Below are positions 20,905 to 30,681 of a DNA stretch of 64,000 nucleotides, piece after piece. Each line of letters opens with the position of its first letter. The first letter of the stretch is position 1. The notes beneath the pieces were generated by a model. The model was given only the letters and a program-made list of their open reading frames with translations, ran no database searches and had not been told where the DNA came from. Source of the stretch: an uncultured Candidatus Saccharibacteria bacterium. GTDB taxonomy: Bacteria > Patescibacteriota > Dojkabacteria > SC72 > WJKH01. The translations under genes were made by a program, and so were the position numbers. The stretch is taken from positions 16,169 to 80,168 of the forward strand of contig CAZRRH010000004.1 of NCBI GenBank assembly GCA_964602665.1. The letters run 5' to 3'.

Positions 20905-22251
20905 ATGCAAAAATTTACATTAAGAAGTGCAAAAATAGCTTCAGATTTATTTAATCCTGTACTCATTGCATTCTTTGGGGATATTATCTATATATTTGTT
21001 GGATTAGAAGCAAAGACAGTATCTCAAATAACCCGCTTAAGTATCTTCCCAATTTTGCATGCACTTTTACCATCTTTTATCCTTCTTCTGCTTATAAAAA
21101 TCGGTAAAATTTCAGATTATGAAATAACAAAAAAGAATGAAAGAACAGGCTTTTTCACTGCACTTTTAATATGTTTTGCCATTGCAACTGTGCTATCAAC
21201 AATCCAGACAGAATATTTTGTCTTAAATCTAGCAACTACAGTCACACTAGCACTCATAATCCTTATAAACACTAAGTGGAAAATTAGTGTACATACAGCT
21301 TTTGACACACTAATTTTTGGGTCATTGGCAGTGTTTGTTGACTGGCGTTTCATTTTCCTCCTTTTATTGCTCCCTTTAATTGCATGGAGTAGAGTAGTGC
21401 TCAAAAAGCACTCAGTAAAACAAACCATAGGAGGAATTTTACTTGCCTCATCAATACTTACAACTCTTGTAATCGCAAGCACATATTTATCAAATATCTC
21501 ATTTTTCAAAAAGTATTTTAATGCAATAAAAAACCGTACGAACTCAATCATATTTGAAAGAATAGAAATTGCTCCAGATCCATTAGAAACATCTCCCTCT
21601 GTTTATATTGCCCCAGTAACATCGCAAACGGACATTGAAATTAATATTCATGCAAAACCTACTCCTATATCACAAGCAAAATCAGAAGCATCAGGAACAT
21701 CTTGGTGGTCATATCCACAAGAAATTTTACCCGTACAAGGCGATCCTAACAGTTTAACTGTTATAGTGAATAAAAAATACAAACTCCCAGATACTTATGC
21801 CCCACCTGATCTTGTCAATCTCGGGTCAACAGGACTAAGATACGGGGATCAAAAGACTGGAAGAGCCGTTATGCTTGAAGACCTTACAGCAATGGCAAAA
21901 GCAGCAAGTGATACAGGCATAGATTTAGGAATCAAATCATCATATCGGTCTTATGCCCAGCAAGTCACGACATACAATTACTGGGTGTCAAAAGAGGGTG
22001 GAGATTATAACAAAGCCGATAAATATTCAGCAAGACCAGGACATAGTGAGCACCAGCTAGGCACCGCAATAGACTTCACAACTAGCGAATGTGGTGATTG
22101 TATTGGTTCAGGATTTACAGGTACAAAAGCTCAAAAATGGCTAGCGCAAAATGCTCAGACCTATGGATTTTACTTATCATATCCGTCGGGACAAGAGAGC
22201 ACAACAGGATATTCATACGAAAGTTGGCACTACAGATACAAAGGAAGATAA
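20905..22251 (+). CDS. Membrane-anchored D-alanyl-D-alanine carboxypeptidase (VanY / peptidase M15B family).
   Basis: The N-terminal 200 aa are polytopic membrane. The C-terminal domain has the VanY motifs LPDTYAPPDLV, SYRSYAQQ, RPGHSEHQLGTAIDF and ESWHYRY (Zn ligands H, D, H). Confidence 0.75.
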   Translation: MQKFTLRSAKIASDLFNPVLIAFFGDIIYIFVGLEAKTVSQITRLSIFPILHALLPSFILLLLIKIGKISDYEITKKNERTGFFTALLICFAIATVLSTIQTEYFVLNLATTVTLALIILINTKWKISVHTAFDTLIFGSLAVFVDWRFIFLLLLLPLIAWSRVVLKKHSVKQTIGGILLASSILTTLVIASTYLSNISFFKKYFNAIKNRTNSIIFERIEIAPDPLETSPSVYIAPVTSQTDIEINIHAKPTPISQAKSEASGTSWWSYPQEILPVQGDPNSLTVIVNKKYKLPDTYAPPDLVNLGSTGLRYGDQKTGRAVMLEDLTAMAKAASDTGIDLGIKSSYRSYAQQVTTYNYWVSKEGGDYNKADKYSARPGHSEHQLGTAIDFTTSECGDCIGSGFTGTKAQKWLAQNAQTYGFYLSYPSGQESTTGYSYESWHYRYKGR

Positions 22252-22254
22252 AAA

Positions 22255-23025
22255 TTAGCTTATCAGTAAAGATTTTTCACCAAATCTGCCTGCATATACT
22301 CCCATTTTCAATTCGTTTTTAAAATAGCTATTTGATATCATGCTATCAGTAAAATTCTCAACAGAAATTGGAGTCTGATTACTCCTAACAAGAAGATAAA
22401 AAACATCTGTTATAAGGCCTGTTATAATTGCTCCAGACACAATCAATGACCTAACATCCTGGGCCGACCAGTAACCATAACCACTATTTCCGACATAATC
22501 ACCCGCCAATTTATTACCCGTATCAAAAGAAGTTTTTTGATAACCTGTATCCAGCCCATGAGGAGGGTGAGTATGCATATTAAAAAGATAAATTGGACTT
22601 TCTAATTTTTTTGGCACTTTTTTGTGATAAACCTCTTTTTCTGAATATGTTTTACCGTCAATCGTAATTTTCCTACTGAAATAATCGTATTTTCCAGATC
22701 GCAATATTGGTTCATAAGTCACAACTATCTCGTTTTTACTCTGAACACTACTAGTACCACCTCTGACCACCTCAGTAAGAACAAGCTCTCCATCCACCCA
22801 AAACACAGAAATTGCTCTTTCGTGCCCATCAGATTTAGTAGATTTGTATAAATTGATAACTTTCTTCCAAAAATAGTCTGGAAAAGAAAATGCCTGTGGG
22901 AGCTCACTTAATGACGGATAAACTCCATTTGTGCGCCACTTGGTCATTTTTTTCTGCCAAGAGTTAAAAGATTCAGTCCTCAAACTGTTTTTATTTCTAA
23001 AAAGCTCTGATAAAAATTTTATCAT
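22255..23025 (-). CDS. Hypothetical protein with a possible JAB/RadC-like metal motif (HTHPPHG).
   Basis: 256 aa with no confident domain. Glu in GHERAIS followed by MHTHPPHGLDTG...SFD loosely resembles the JAMM/RadC E...HxH...S..D pattern, but the spacing is not canonical. Confidence 0.45.
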   Translation of the reverse strand: MIKFLSELFRNKNSLRTESFNSWQKKMTKWRTNGVYPSLSELPQAFSFPDYFWKKVINLYKSTKSDGHERAISVFWVDGELVLTEVVRGGTSSVQSKNEIVVTYEPILRSGKYDYFSRKITIDGKTYSEKEVYHKKVPKKLESPIYLFNMHTHPPHGLDTGYQKTSFDTGNKLAGDYVGNSGYGYWSAQDVRSLIVSGAIITGLITDVFYLLVRSNQTPISVENFTDSMISNSYFKNELKMGVYAGRFGEKSLLIS

Positions 23026-23077
23026 TTTGCTTGCTTTTAGCTTAAATTTAATTTATTATATAGCAGTGTAAAAAGTA

Positions 23078-23107
23078 TTGCAATCTTATACTTATTTGTG
23101 GTATAAT
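23078..23107 (+). promoter_or_regulatory. Candidate promoter (TTGCAA-N18-TGgTATAAT) placed so the transcript would start at or near the 23114 ATG (leaderless).
   Basis: TTGCAA at 23078-23083. The extended -10 TGGTATAAT ends at 23107. The ATG at 23114 is 7 nt downstream. Confidence 0.3.
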
Positions 23108-23113
23108 TATAGT

Positions 23114-23554
23114 ATGGACGATCAAAAAACAGACTTATCAGCAAAACTCGATAAGCAGCTGGAAACTTTCGGAGCATTTCTTCTCAAACTCGACCTCACA
23201 TTAGAACAAACGACTCAAATAAATGCATTAATGGCAGAAACCGTCGTCGCACACACAATGATAGAAATTAGCAAATTAATGACTGAAGAAGATCAGAAAA
23301 GATGGGATAAATTCATGAGCACAAATCCAACAGATGCACAACAGCTTGTTATTTTAGACGAATTTTGCAAGCGGAAAACAGGGAAGGGTATTGGTCATAT
23401 CCAAGCTAAATTGATGATAAGTTTGACAAATTCTTTTATGGAATATTTTAAAAATTTTGATAAGAATTTAGAGGCTATAAAAGAATTAAGCGACGAACAA
23501 ATTAAGGAGATTTTGAACAAATTAGCGTCAAACGATAACGAAAGCTTATTTTAA
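23114..23554 (+). CDS. Small helical hypothetical protein, first gene of the giant-protein operon.
   Basis: 146 aa from the internal Met (MDDQKTDLSAKLDKQLETF...). No motif. There is a 24-nt gap to the giant ORF. Confidence 0.5.
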   Translation: MDDQKTDLSAKLDKQLETFGAFLLKLDLTLEQTTQINALMAETVVAHTMIEISKLMTEEDQKRWDKFMSTNPTDAQQLVILDEFCKRKTGKGIGHIQAKLMISLTNSFMEYFKNFDKNLEAIKELSDEQIKEILNKLASNDNESLF

Positions 23555-23578
23555 TATAATTTAAACTTTATACCTGAA

Positions 23579-26500
23579 ATGTCAGAGTTTGTTCTTACTA
23601 GTGAAGCGGATATTCATACAAGAGAAGAAAAAAGCCCTCAAACAGCAACAGATATGCCTTCTGAGCCCAGCAAATACGCTCAAACTCAAACAGGTGTAGC
23701 CGGTCCTGATTATGAAGTTACAACAACAGAACCAATAGAGATTAATCCTGAAGTTAATCCAACAGCTTCTGAAGCACAAGCATTTCTTGACGGTGCAACG
23801 ACAGCAACCGAAGAAGAAGAGTTTAAGGAATCAGAACCAAATCCAACTGCAGCAGAGTTATTGCAGCAAGCTAGGACAAATCCAGAACAAGCCGTTCGAG
23901 CACGAGGAATCTTTGCTGTTTGGGACAAATTTGACCAATTAACTGGATCAATAAAAGAAACAACACTAAGAGTTGTCCTAGGTCAAGAAAGAGCAGACGA
24001 TCTAATACAAAAGTATAATCAATTTTCCCAGACTACGACCGGTAAACTACTTGTTATGGCAGGACAACTTGGTGTAAGTGCAGGATTAAGTGCTGTTCTT
24101 GGACCAGCAGCAATGGGTGTTTTTAGTATTCTGGCGATAAGAAGAGTCCAAAAGCAATTAGCAGAGCATAATTTTGCATCAGCTAAAGATATATTTTCCA
24201 GCAAAGAGAGTTTTGTTGCGGCAGCATTGGGATTTGGGCAATCATTTGCTTTACCAGCTTTAACCGGATTATTTCCAGCCGGCAATGTTGTTTCCACCAT
24301 TCTTATAACAGCTGGCTCAACAGCATTAAGCGTCGGAACATCTATGGCTGCGACATACGGTCTGCAAAGGCACACAATGAAAGAGTCTAGAGTTGCTATG
24401 GCTGCGGCAACAAGTCAATCAGAGGAATCACTTACTATTGTCCGTGATAAGTTACGACAAGACCCTGAATTATATACAGATGGCCAATTTAATACAGATA
24501 CTGCACTTGCCAGATTAAGAGGCATGGATCGAGAAGAAGTAGAACCTCTAGTAAGACTTTTATTGGCAACTGGCTTGAGTAATAAACAATTAAATTCTGC
24601 ATTAGAGGATTTTTTTTCCAAGGATTTTCAAGGAAAGTACCCACCACAAATAACTCGAACAGTACAAACAGCACTAGAGCTATTAGAAGTCAGAAATGTA
24701 AATGAAGAAAATTTCAACGCTTTAGAGCAAGCATATAAACTAGCACAAAGCGGAGCCGCAAGACTTATAAGAGCTCAAACAGCTATGATGTTAGGAACCA
24801 CATTAGGAAGTGTAACTAAATCTGTAGTTAGCGTAACAAAAGCATATGCTGCCCCACAAGCAAATCATGAAGCCACAGACCGCGCACAAGAAACAGGACC
24901 AAGAAGAGAGCAACTCAATCCGACAAGCCAAACAGACTTAAGTGAATTAGAAACGAGTATAAGAAAAGCAACGGGAGATAATAATGCTAAAATAATCGGA
25001 ATAGAGTATTCAACAGATGGAAAACCTTCTGTACTTGTTGATTTCAATCCTGAAGATAGAGCTAACCAGGCCGACTTAGCATATGATCTTGAAAGCGGTT
25101 CTTTTAGTAAAGCAGTGTCTGAATATGGAGCAGCTCTACTTTTAGCACAAGCTAACTACACTGATTCTAAAATTTCTTTTGATTCAGACAATGTCGTTTT
25201 ATTAGATCCGGAAAACGATGTAAGTGTAATAGCGTATAACTATACTAATGAGTCAGCAACAACTCAAGGAATTATTGGAGCAACAATCCTAGCCCCAGAC
25301 GCCAATGGCAAGCCTGCAATCCATGCTATGACCACAGATGATCTTTGGAATAAACTAGGCATAAGCCTAACAGGAACGGTTCAGACAGATGGAAGTTTAT
25401 CAGTATCAATTGAAACTACTACTGTAGCGTCAACACAATCCACAACTCAAGGACCTTTAGGTGATGGCATAACTTTTTGGACACCAGAAGGTGAATCCGC
25501 TCCAAACACAACAACCTTAACACAAAACCAACAGTGGTTAAATCTAAATATTGGCCACTTTGCTGAGGCAGCAAAAGGAAATCCGGATCTTCTACCAATT
25601 CTACAAATATTGAGATCATATGATAAAGATGGTGATGGAATAGCAGAGCTTCTGCTTAGAGGAGGAGAAGGGCGCGAATGGGGCGATGTTAACAGGAATC
25701 TGCTTCAAACACTAATTAATCGAGGATATAGAGGTGATGATCTTGTTATTGCTTTTGTTAGTTCGCTTGAAAAAGCAAGAAAGATGCCCGGAATACTTCA
25801 GAGTACAGGAAATGCTACCTCTTTTAACACATTTATTAGTAATGCTACATCAGATTTCAGCGGATCAGCATCTAGCTCAGTAACCGCTCAAGCCCAAGCA
25901 GTAACCTCATCTGCGTTAGTTCAAAGGTTAATTGAACATAATTCTAGTAGTACTTCGGGTAAGATCGCACCTTCTTTTGTCCTAGAAAATATTCCAGAGC
26001 TTGCCATTACAGAAATAGATTCAGGACAAGTGACATCTGCTACTGATGCAAATACAAATAATAATGGCCCATGGCGACTAATGGCAGGAAAAGAAGACTT
26101 GACTCAAAGAGTTTTAAGAACCTATGAGCCCGACGGCGAAAGGCCTTTCGCAGTATTATCACCAAAAGATGCTGCAATTTCTTCGACTCCGATTATTATA
26201 GCACATGGTTCTTACGAGGACGCTGTCTATATGCCAACCTTAGCGGCTGGAAATTACGAGATGCCAGAAAATGTTGCTAGAGAACTTAGAATCGGAGCTG
26301 GTACATTGCAAATACCCCAAAATGGAGGCAGTACAGTTACTTTTGCCAATATACCTCCAGCAGCGGCACCTGCGCCCGCAACTCCAGAGAGTCGTAGTAA
26401 AGAAGATATCGCTAGAGCTTTAGTCTATATGGGTGGTGCAGGAGTATTTTTAACAGGATTACCTGCACTTGGATTACTTATTAGGAGCAAGATTCTTCGA

Positions 26501-28804
26501 AACAAAGAAACTGCCCAAGAACAAACAAGACAAAGCTATCCTGAAGTAATACAAAAATTCATTGATCCAAGACTGTCAATTGACAAAAAGCCTCTTCCTA
26601 ATGAAGTAAAAGAAGAATTGGCAAAAATGACAGCAGAACAGCTTAAGAAATTTGCACAACAAAACGGGTTAGAATATCCAGAAGCAGAGACTGCTACTGA
26701 GAAAATCGCAGAAATTTTAACAATAGCATTAATCGAAAAATTAGGAACACTTGAAGCTGCAAACAGAAACTTAACAGAAACAAGAGAAAGACTTTATGAA
26801 TCGCATAAAAAATACATCGAAAAATTAGAAGAACAAGCACAAAAAAGAGGCACCGCAGGTCAACTTGTCAATCTCAACCCAAATGCACACAAAATCACAA
26901 TAAGCGATATACATGGCGACATTCATAAAGCACAGTTATCAATTGCAACAGCAATAAGTAAGTTGATTGAAGGCGGGTTTATTGAAGATAATCAACTTGG
27001 TAGCTTTGATCGAACATTAGATCCAGCTAATCCCGAAAACCTTGACGCTTATATGGAGTTAGCAACCAAATTAAGAAAAGTAGATCGGATAGAATTAATA
27101 TTTGAAGGTGATCTTGTACACACGGAAACCGCAGAAGCAAAAAAACGATATCATGATCTTTGGGACGTCTATACAGAAAGAGATACAAAAACATTGACGC
27201 AAGCGACAATGCAAATACAAAGAGAAATTGCTCTTTCAGAAACCGTTTTTAGTTTTCTAGCTAATTTATTTCAAGAAAGCGACAAGGGTATTTATGTACT
27301 TCTTGGAAATCACGACTTGATGGAAGCAGAAATCGGGAAATCTGCTCCCAATGGCTTTGATGCTAACTTATATAATGTATTTGGATTAGCAATAAATCCA
27401 TCAGATTTTAATAAATTACCTCAGTTAGAACAAGCTCTTAGAATAAGAGGAAATGGTAACTCAATAAATTTAGATAAATTTCTTGAACTTGATATAAGAC
27501 AAAGAGCTAGCTCACCATTGTTGTGCACTGGAGAAGCAAAACAGTTTGATTCTTCCGCGCAGGTCGTTGATATTGTAGTTACTCACGATATGCCAAAATC
27601 TAATGTAGTCGCCTTAGCTTTACAAAAAATATTATCAGGACAAAAATTAGGATTTAATGAATTAAGTGATTTTGTCATGAACAGGGAAGGATCCAATTAC
27701 GATTCTGGTGAAATTCCAGAGTTCCCTGCGACCACAGATACTTTAAGAGCAGCGTTAAATCTTGATCCAAGCCGAAAATTAGATATTGTCGTAGGTCACA
27801 CTTCTCGCCCTGATAGCATTAAAATACCAGGAAGAAATGCTGAAATTTACCGAACAGATTTTCAAAGTCTACCAACTGCATATAAGATTTACACAAGCTC
27901 TACTTTTAGAGTCACAGGTTCAAGTAGTACAACAGCACATCCCACTACAGCATCTACAACAACACAGTCAACAAACGCTGCAACAGCAACAACAAGGGGT
28001 ACGGCAACAGTACGCAATAGATGGGAGGGAACAAATCTTGCAGAGGCCTTACCAGAAGCATCTGCTACTCGAGCAGCTTTCCTAGAAAATTACGATTTTA
28101 AAAGAACCGCTTTTCCAACTCAAGCTGCATTTATTAATGCTAGAACTGAATTAGAGAAGGAAATTAAAGAAAATTATCCCGACAGACTTGATCCAAGAAG
28201 AATCGATTTCACAAGACCCGATATGGTCCAAGGATGGTTAATTGAAAGAGTTTCAGAATCAGAAGCAAAAGAAGAAGAGCATTATCAATCAACACCAACC
28301 ATTACCGCACTGCTATCTTGGCTTAATACAAGAAGGTTAAGTGACGATTGCACAAAAGAGGAAAGAAGAGCCCTTATGGCAATAATGTCAAGAATTCATA
28401 ATATTGAAGGAGCGCTTGATGCCCTTCCATTAGCTGCTTCCTTATATGACTCACTTGATAACGGTCTCATAGCGAACAATATCAGAAGAGCTTATCAAAG
28501 ATATCTAGGTGATGATCTAACAATAAATCAAGAACAAGTCAAAAAACACAGAGAAAACCGACGCGCAGCTACGGCTTACTGGAAGTACCTTCTTGATAAG
28601 CTTAGAAGCCAGCAAACTGACGATCCTGTATCAGCTCTAACACAAACAGAACAACTTGATTATGTTATACTTAGTTCTATGGGAATTCCAAGTGAACCAG
28701 CTAAATTGCACCAATGGAAAACGCAAGAGATTTTTCATGACAGAACAAAACGATGGTTTGTTTATCTGACAGATAATAATTTTTTATTCGGAGTTGATAA
28801 ATAG
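23579..28804 (+). CDS. Giant 1741-aa protein. It has transmembrane helices, low-complexity Thr/Ser/Ala tracts and an internal calcineurin-like metallophosphoesterase motif set. It is a putative membrane-associated effector or toxin-like protein.
   Basis: Hydrophobic helices: VMAGQLGVSAGLSAVLGPAAMGVFSILAI, FALPALTGLFPAGNVVSTILITAGSTALSVGTSMAA, VYMGGAGVFLTGLPALGLLI. Ordered phosphoesterase motifs: ITISDIHGD (DxHGD), IFEGDLVHTE (GDxV), LLGNHDL (GNHD), VVTHDMP. Confidence 0.75.
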   Translation: MSEFVLTSEADIHTREEKSPQTATDMPSEPSKYAQTQTGVAGPDYEVTTTEPIEINPEVNPTASEAQAFLDGATTATEEEEFKESEPNPTAAELLQQARTNPEQAVRARGIFAVWDKFDQLTGSIKETTLRVVLGQERADDLIQKYNQFSQTTTGKLLVMAGQLGVSAGLSAVLGPAAMGVFSILAIRRVQKQLAEHNFASAKDIFSSKESFVAAALGFGQSFALPALTGLFPAGNVVSTILITAGSTALSVGTSMAATYGLQRHTMKESRVAMAAATSQSEESLTIVRDKLRQDPELYTDGQFNTDTALARLRGMDREEVEPLVRLLLATGLSNKQLNSALEDFFSKDFQGKYPPQITRTVQTALELLEVRNVNEENFNALEQAYKLAQSGAARLIRAQTAMMLGTTLGSVTKSVVSVTKAYAAPQANHEATDRAQETGPRREQLNPTSQTDLSELETSIRKATGDNNAKIIGIEYSTDGKPSVLVDFNPEDRANQADLAYDLESGSFSKAVSEYGAALLLAQANYTDSKISFDSDNVVLLDPENDVSVIAYNYTNESATTQGIIGATILAPDANGKPAIHAMTTDDLWNKLGISLTGTVQTDGSLSVSIETTTVASTQSTTQGPLGDGITFWTPEGESAPNTTTLTQNQQWLNLNIGHFAEAAKGNPDLLPILQILRSYDKDGDGIAELLLRGGEGREWGDVNRNLLQTLINRGYRGDDLVIAFVSSLEKARKMPGILQSTGNATSFNTFISNATSDFSGSASSSVTAQAQAVTSSALVQRLIEHNSSSTSGKIAPSFVLENIPELAITEIDSGQVTSATDANTNNNGPWRLMAGKEDLTQRVLRTYEPDGERPFAVLSPKDAAISSTPIIIAHGSYEDAVYMPTLAAGNYEMPENVARELRIGAGTLQIPQNGGSTVTFANIPPAAAPAPATPESRSKEDIARALVYMGGAGVFLTGLPALGLLIRSKILRNKETAQEQTRQSYPEVIQKFIDPRLSIDKKPLPNEVKEELAKMTAEQLKKFAQQNGLEYPEAETATEKIAEILTIALIEKLGTLEAANRNLTETRERLYESHKKYIEKLEEQAQKRGTAGQLVNLNPNAHKITISDIHGDIHKAQLSIATAISKLIEGGFIEDNQLGSFDRTLDPANPENLDAYMELATKLRKVDRIELIFEGDLVHTETAEAKKRYHDLWDVYTERDTKTLTQATMQIQREIALSETVFSFLANLFQESDKGIYVLLGNHDLMEAEIGKSAPNGFDANLYNVFGLAINPSDFNKLPQLEQALRIRGNGNSINLDKFLELDIRQRASSPLLCTGEAKQFDSSAQVVDIVVTHDMPKSNVVALALQKILSGQKLGFNELSDFVMNREGSNYDSGEIPEFPATTDTLRAALNLDPSRKLDIVVGHTSRPDSIKIPGRNAEIYRTDFQSLPTAYKIYTSSTFRVTGSSSTTAHPTTASTTTQSTNAATATTRGTATVRNRWEGTNLAEALPEASATRAAFLENYDFKRTAFPTQAAFINARTELEKEIKENYPDRLDPRRIDFTRPDMVQGWLIERVSESEAKEEEHYQSTPTITALLSWLNTRRLSDDCTKEERRALMAIMSRIHNIEGALDALPLAASLYDSLDNGLIANNIRRAYQRYLGDDLTINQEQVKKHRENRRAATAYWKYLLDKLRSQQTDDPVSALTQTEQLDYVILSSMGIPSEPAKLHQWKTQEIFHDRTKRWFVYLTDNNFLFGVDK

Positions 28805-28809
28805 ATAGC

Positions 28810-28838
28810 TTGACACATTGTAATTTTTATGATAGAAT
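28810..28838 (+). promoter_or_regulatory. Candidate sigma70-type promoter TTGACA-N17-TAGAAT upstream of the coiled-coil gene.
   Basis: TTGACA at 28810-28815, a 17-nt spacer, TAGAAT at 28833-28838, 33 nt upstream of the 28871 ATG. Confidence 0.3.
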
Positions 28839-28870
28839 TATGTTATTTAAGTTTTTAAATATTTTTTATT

Positions 28871-30604
28871 ATGACAAGTGAATCACAAGGTCAACCATCC
28901 TTAGCCACTTCAACAGGAGCACCAGAAGCCACGGGTCCAATAAGCACTTCTAATTTGCAAGTTACTCCAAGTGTACCTAGAACACCGAGCACACCTCCTT
29001 TTCTTCTTGGTGATGCGGCACTAGAAGCTGTAAGACATGAGGCCGGAAAATCACCAGAAGAAGTTGCTAATGCAATAGCTGCAGATGAGAATTTGACTCC
29101 AGCTGCCCTCGCACCAAAGGATAGAGCTCGCAGAGAACTTGAAAGAACTTTTTCACCTGATTTAGAATTGACCAGAAGATTCACAGAAACAGCAGCAAAA
29201 TGTTTTAGCGAAGTAAATGGAGTTCTGGAAGTAAGCAATAATGCAGGAAGAAGAAAACTTGAAACTTCTAACCAAATAACTGCCTTAGAAGATGAAGCAG
29301 CAAGTCTTACCGAAACAAGAAATAGAGTTTCAGTAAGAAAAACAGGTCTTAATGCGATTTTATTACATTATTCTGGTACGAAATCCCAATTAGAATCTCT
29401 TTTATTGCTACCATCAGAACAGAGATCTGCACTTTCTGGACAACTCAGTATACCGGAAAAATCAATCGAATTGCTTGGATTCTCGACGACAGAAGCTATT
29501 CTTAACTTGGACGATGAAACACTTAGATATTCATTAGAGCTTGTTGAAAATGAAATAAATGGCTTAGGTGATAAAATATCAGCTGCAGATACTGAGATTA
29601 CTGAGCGTGAGGCTCAAATTACTGAAATTACTAATCGAACTGAAATAGAAAAAGGTGTAGCAAGAGCTTATGAAATGCTTGAAGCTCAAACAGCAAGTAC
29701 TTTTGACACAGTAGCAAAAAGAGTTCGCGAAGCAAATGATAAGCAAAAAGCTTTTAGTAATGCAGCTAAAGAGTATTCTAGAGCCGAAGCTGCTATAATA
29801 ACCGAATTTGGTCCAGATGTACTCACAAGTCAAGATGCTTTATACGATGCAATGGAGGCACTTACTGGGAACCCTGCTGGTGTTGCTAGAGTTGCTAAAA
29901 ATCTACGATTACAAATTGACCAAGCAGTGGCTTTCCTTTCAATTGCGACAATTCCAGTTCAAGGATCTTCAGAAGAACCTCCTCTCACACCAGCACAGAT
30001 TGAAGCTGAAGAAGCAAAGATTGCTAATATGAGAGCACGTCTTGCAAATATAGAAGGAATTGAAAACGCTGTTGCAAGACAACCAGAGGATATAATTGGA
30101 CAATTTGGCATAGATAGAGGAACTCTCTCAACTGAACAACAATCAAAACTTGAAGTTTTACTAATAGATTTAGCTACTCGAATGGAAACAAAAATTGCAG
30201 CAAGGGAAGAACTAGAGATAGCAATACAAGATATAGAATTAATTACTAGAAGAACAAAGACATACAATGAAGAAATTAGAGCAGCAATGGAAAATACAAG
30301 GACTGAAATAGAAGCTTTAAGAGTAGAAACAGAACGAGCAGCAGCAGAGGCAGCAGCAGCAGAGGCAGCAGCAGCAACAGCGGAAGAGGAAAGACGTAGA
30401 GTTCAAGCGGTACAAAACGCTCCTGAATATATTGCCCTACAGACTGAAAACGAGAGAAAAATTAGGGAGTTAGTGGAAGAGAATGCTGCGCTTGCAGCAA
30501 GTGCTGGCGAAGGAGCAAAGGCTAAAGTTAAGAGAAGAGTTGGAGGATTCTTAAGATCTATGTGGAATAAGCTTCCTAAAGTAGACATTAAATGGCAGTC
30601 ATAA
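28871..30604 (+). CDS. Coiled-coil protein (577 aa) with a Pro/Ser/Thr-rich N-terminus and a C-terminal Ala/Glu repeat.
   Basis: Long heptad-like Glu/Ala/Leu-rich sequence (TEITEREAQITEITNRTEIEK; AAAEAAAAEAAAATAEEERRR). The DNA carries a tandem GCAGCAGAGGCAGCAGCA repeat at about 30340-30385. Confidence 0.7.
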   Translation: MTSESQGQPSLATSTGAPEATGPISTSNLQVTPSVPRTPSTPPFLLGDAALEAVRHEAGKSPEEVANAIAADENLTPAALAPKDRARRELERTFSPDLELTRRFTETAAKCFSEVNGVLEVSNNAGRRKLETSNQITALEDEAASLTETRNRVSVRKTGLNAILLHYSGTKSQLESLLLLPSEQRSALSGQLSIPEKSIELLGFSTTEAILNLDDETLRYSLELVENEINGLGDKISAADTEITEREAQITEITNRTEIEKGVARAYEMLEAQTASTFDTVAKRVREANDKQKAFSNAAKEYSRAEAAIITEFGPDVLTSQDALYDAMEALTGNPAGVARVAKNLRLQIDQAVAFLSIATIPVQGSSEEPPLTPAQIEAEEAKIANMRARLANIEGIENAVARQPEDIIGQFGIDRGTLSTEQQSKLEVLLIDLATRMETKIAAREELEIAIQDIELITRRTKTYNEEIRAAMENTRTEIEALRVETERAAAEAAAAEAAAATAEEERRRVQAVQNAPEYIALQTENERKIRELVEENAALAASAGEGAKAKVKRRVGGFLRSMWNKLPKVDIKWQS

Positions 30605-30620
30605 GCTTATCATTCACGAT

Positions 30621-30650
30621 AAAAAAGAGCCAGTGAAAACTGGCTCTTTT
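30621..30650. terminator. Bidirectional Rho-independent terminator between the convergent coiled-coil and recombinase genes.
   Basis: AAAAAGAGCCAGT-GAAA-ACTGGCTCTTTTT is a 9-bp perfect stem with a GAAA loop, flanked by an A-run and a T-run. Confidence 0.6.
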
Positions 30651-30681
30651 TACAAATTTTAAAATAATTACTCAATCATAC

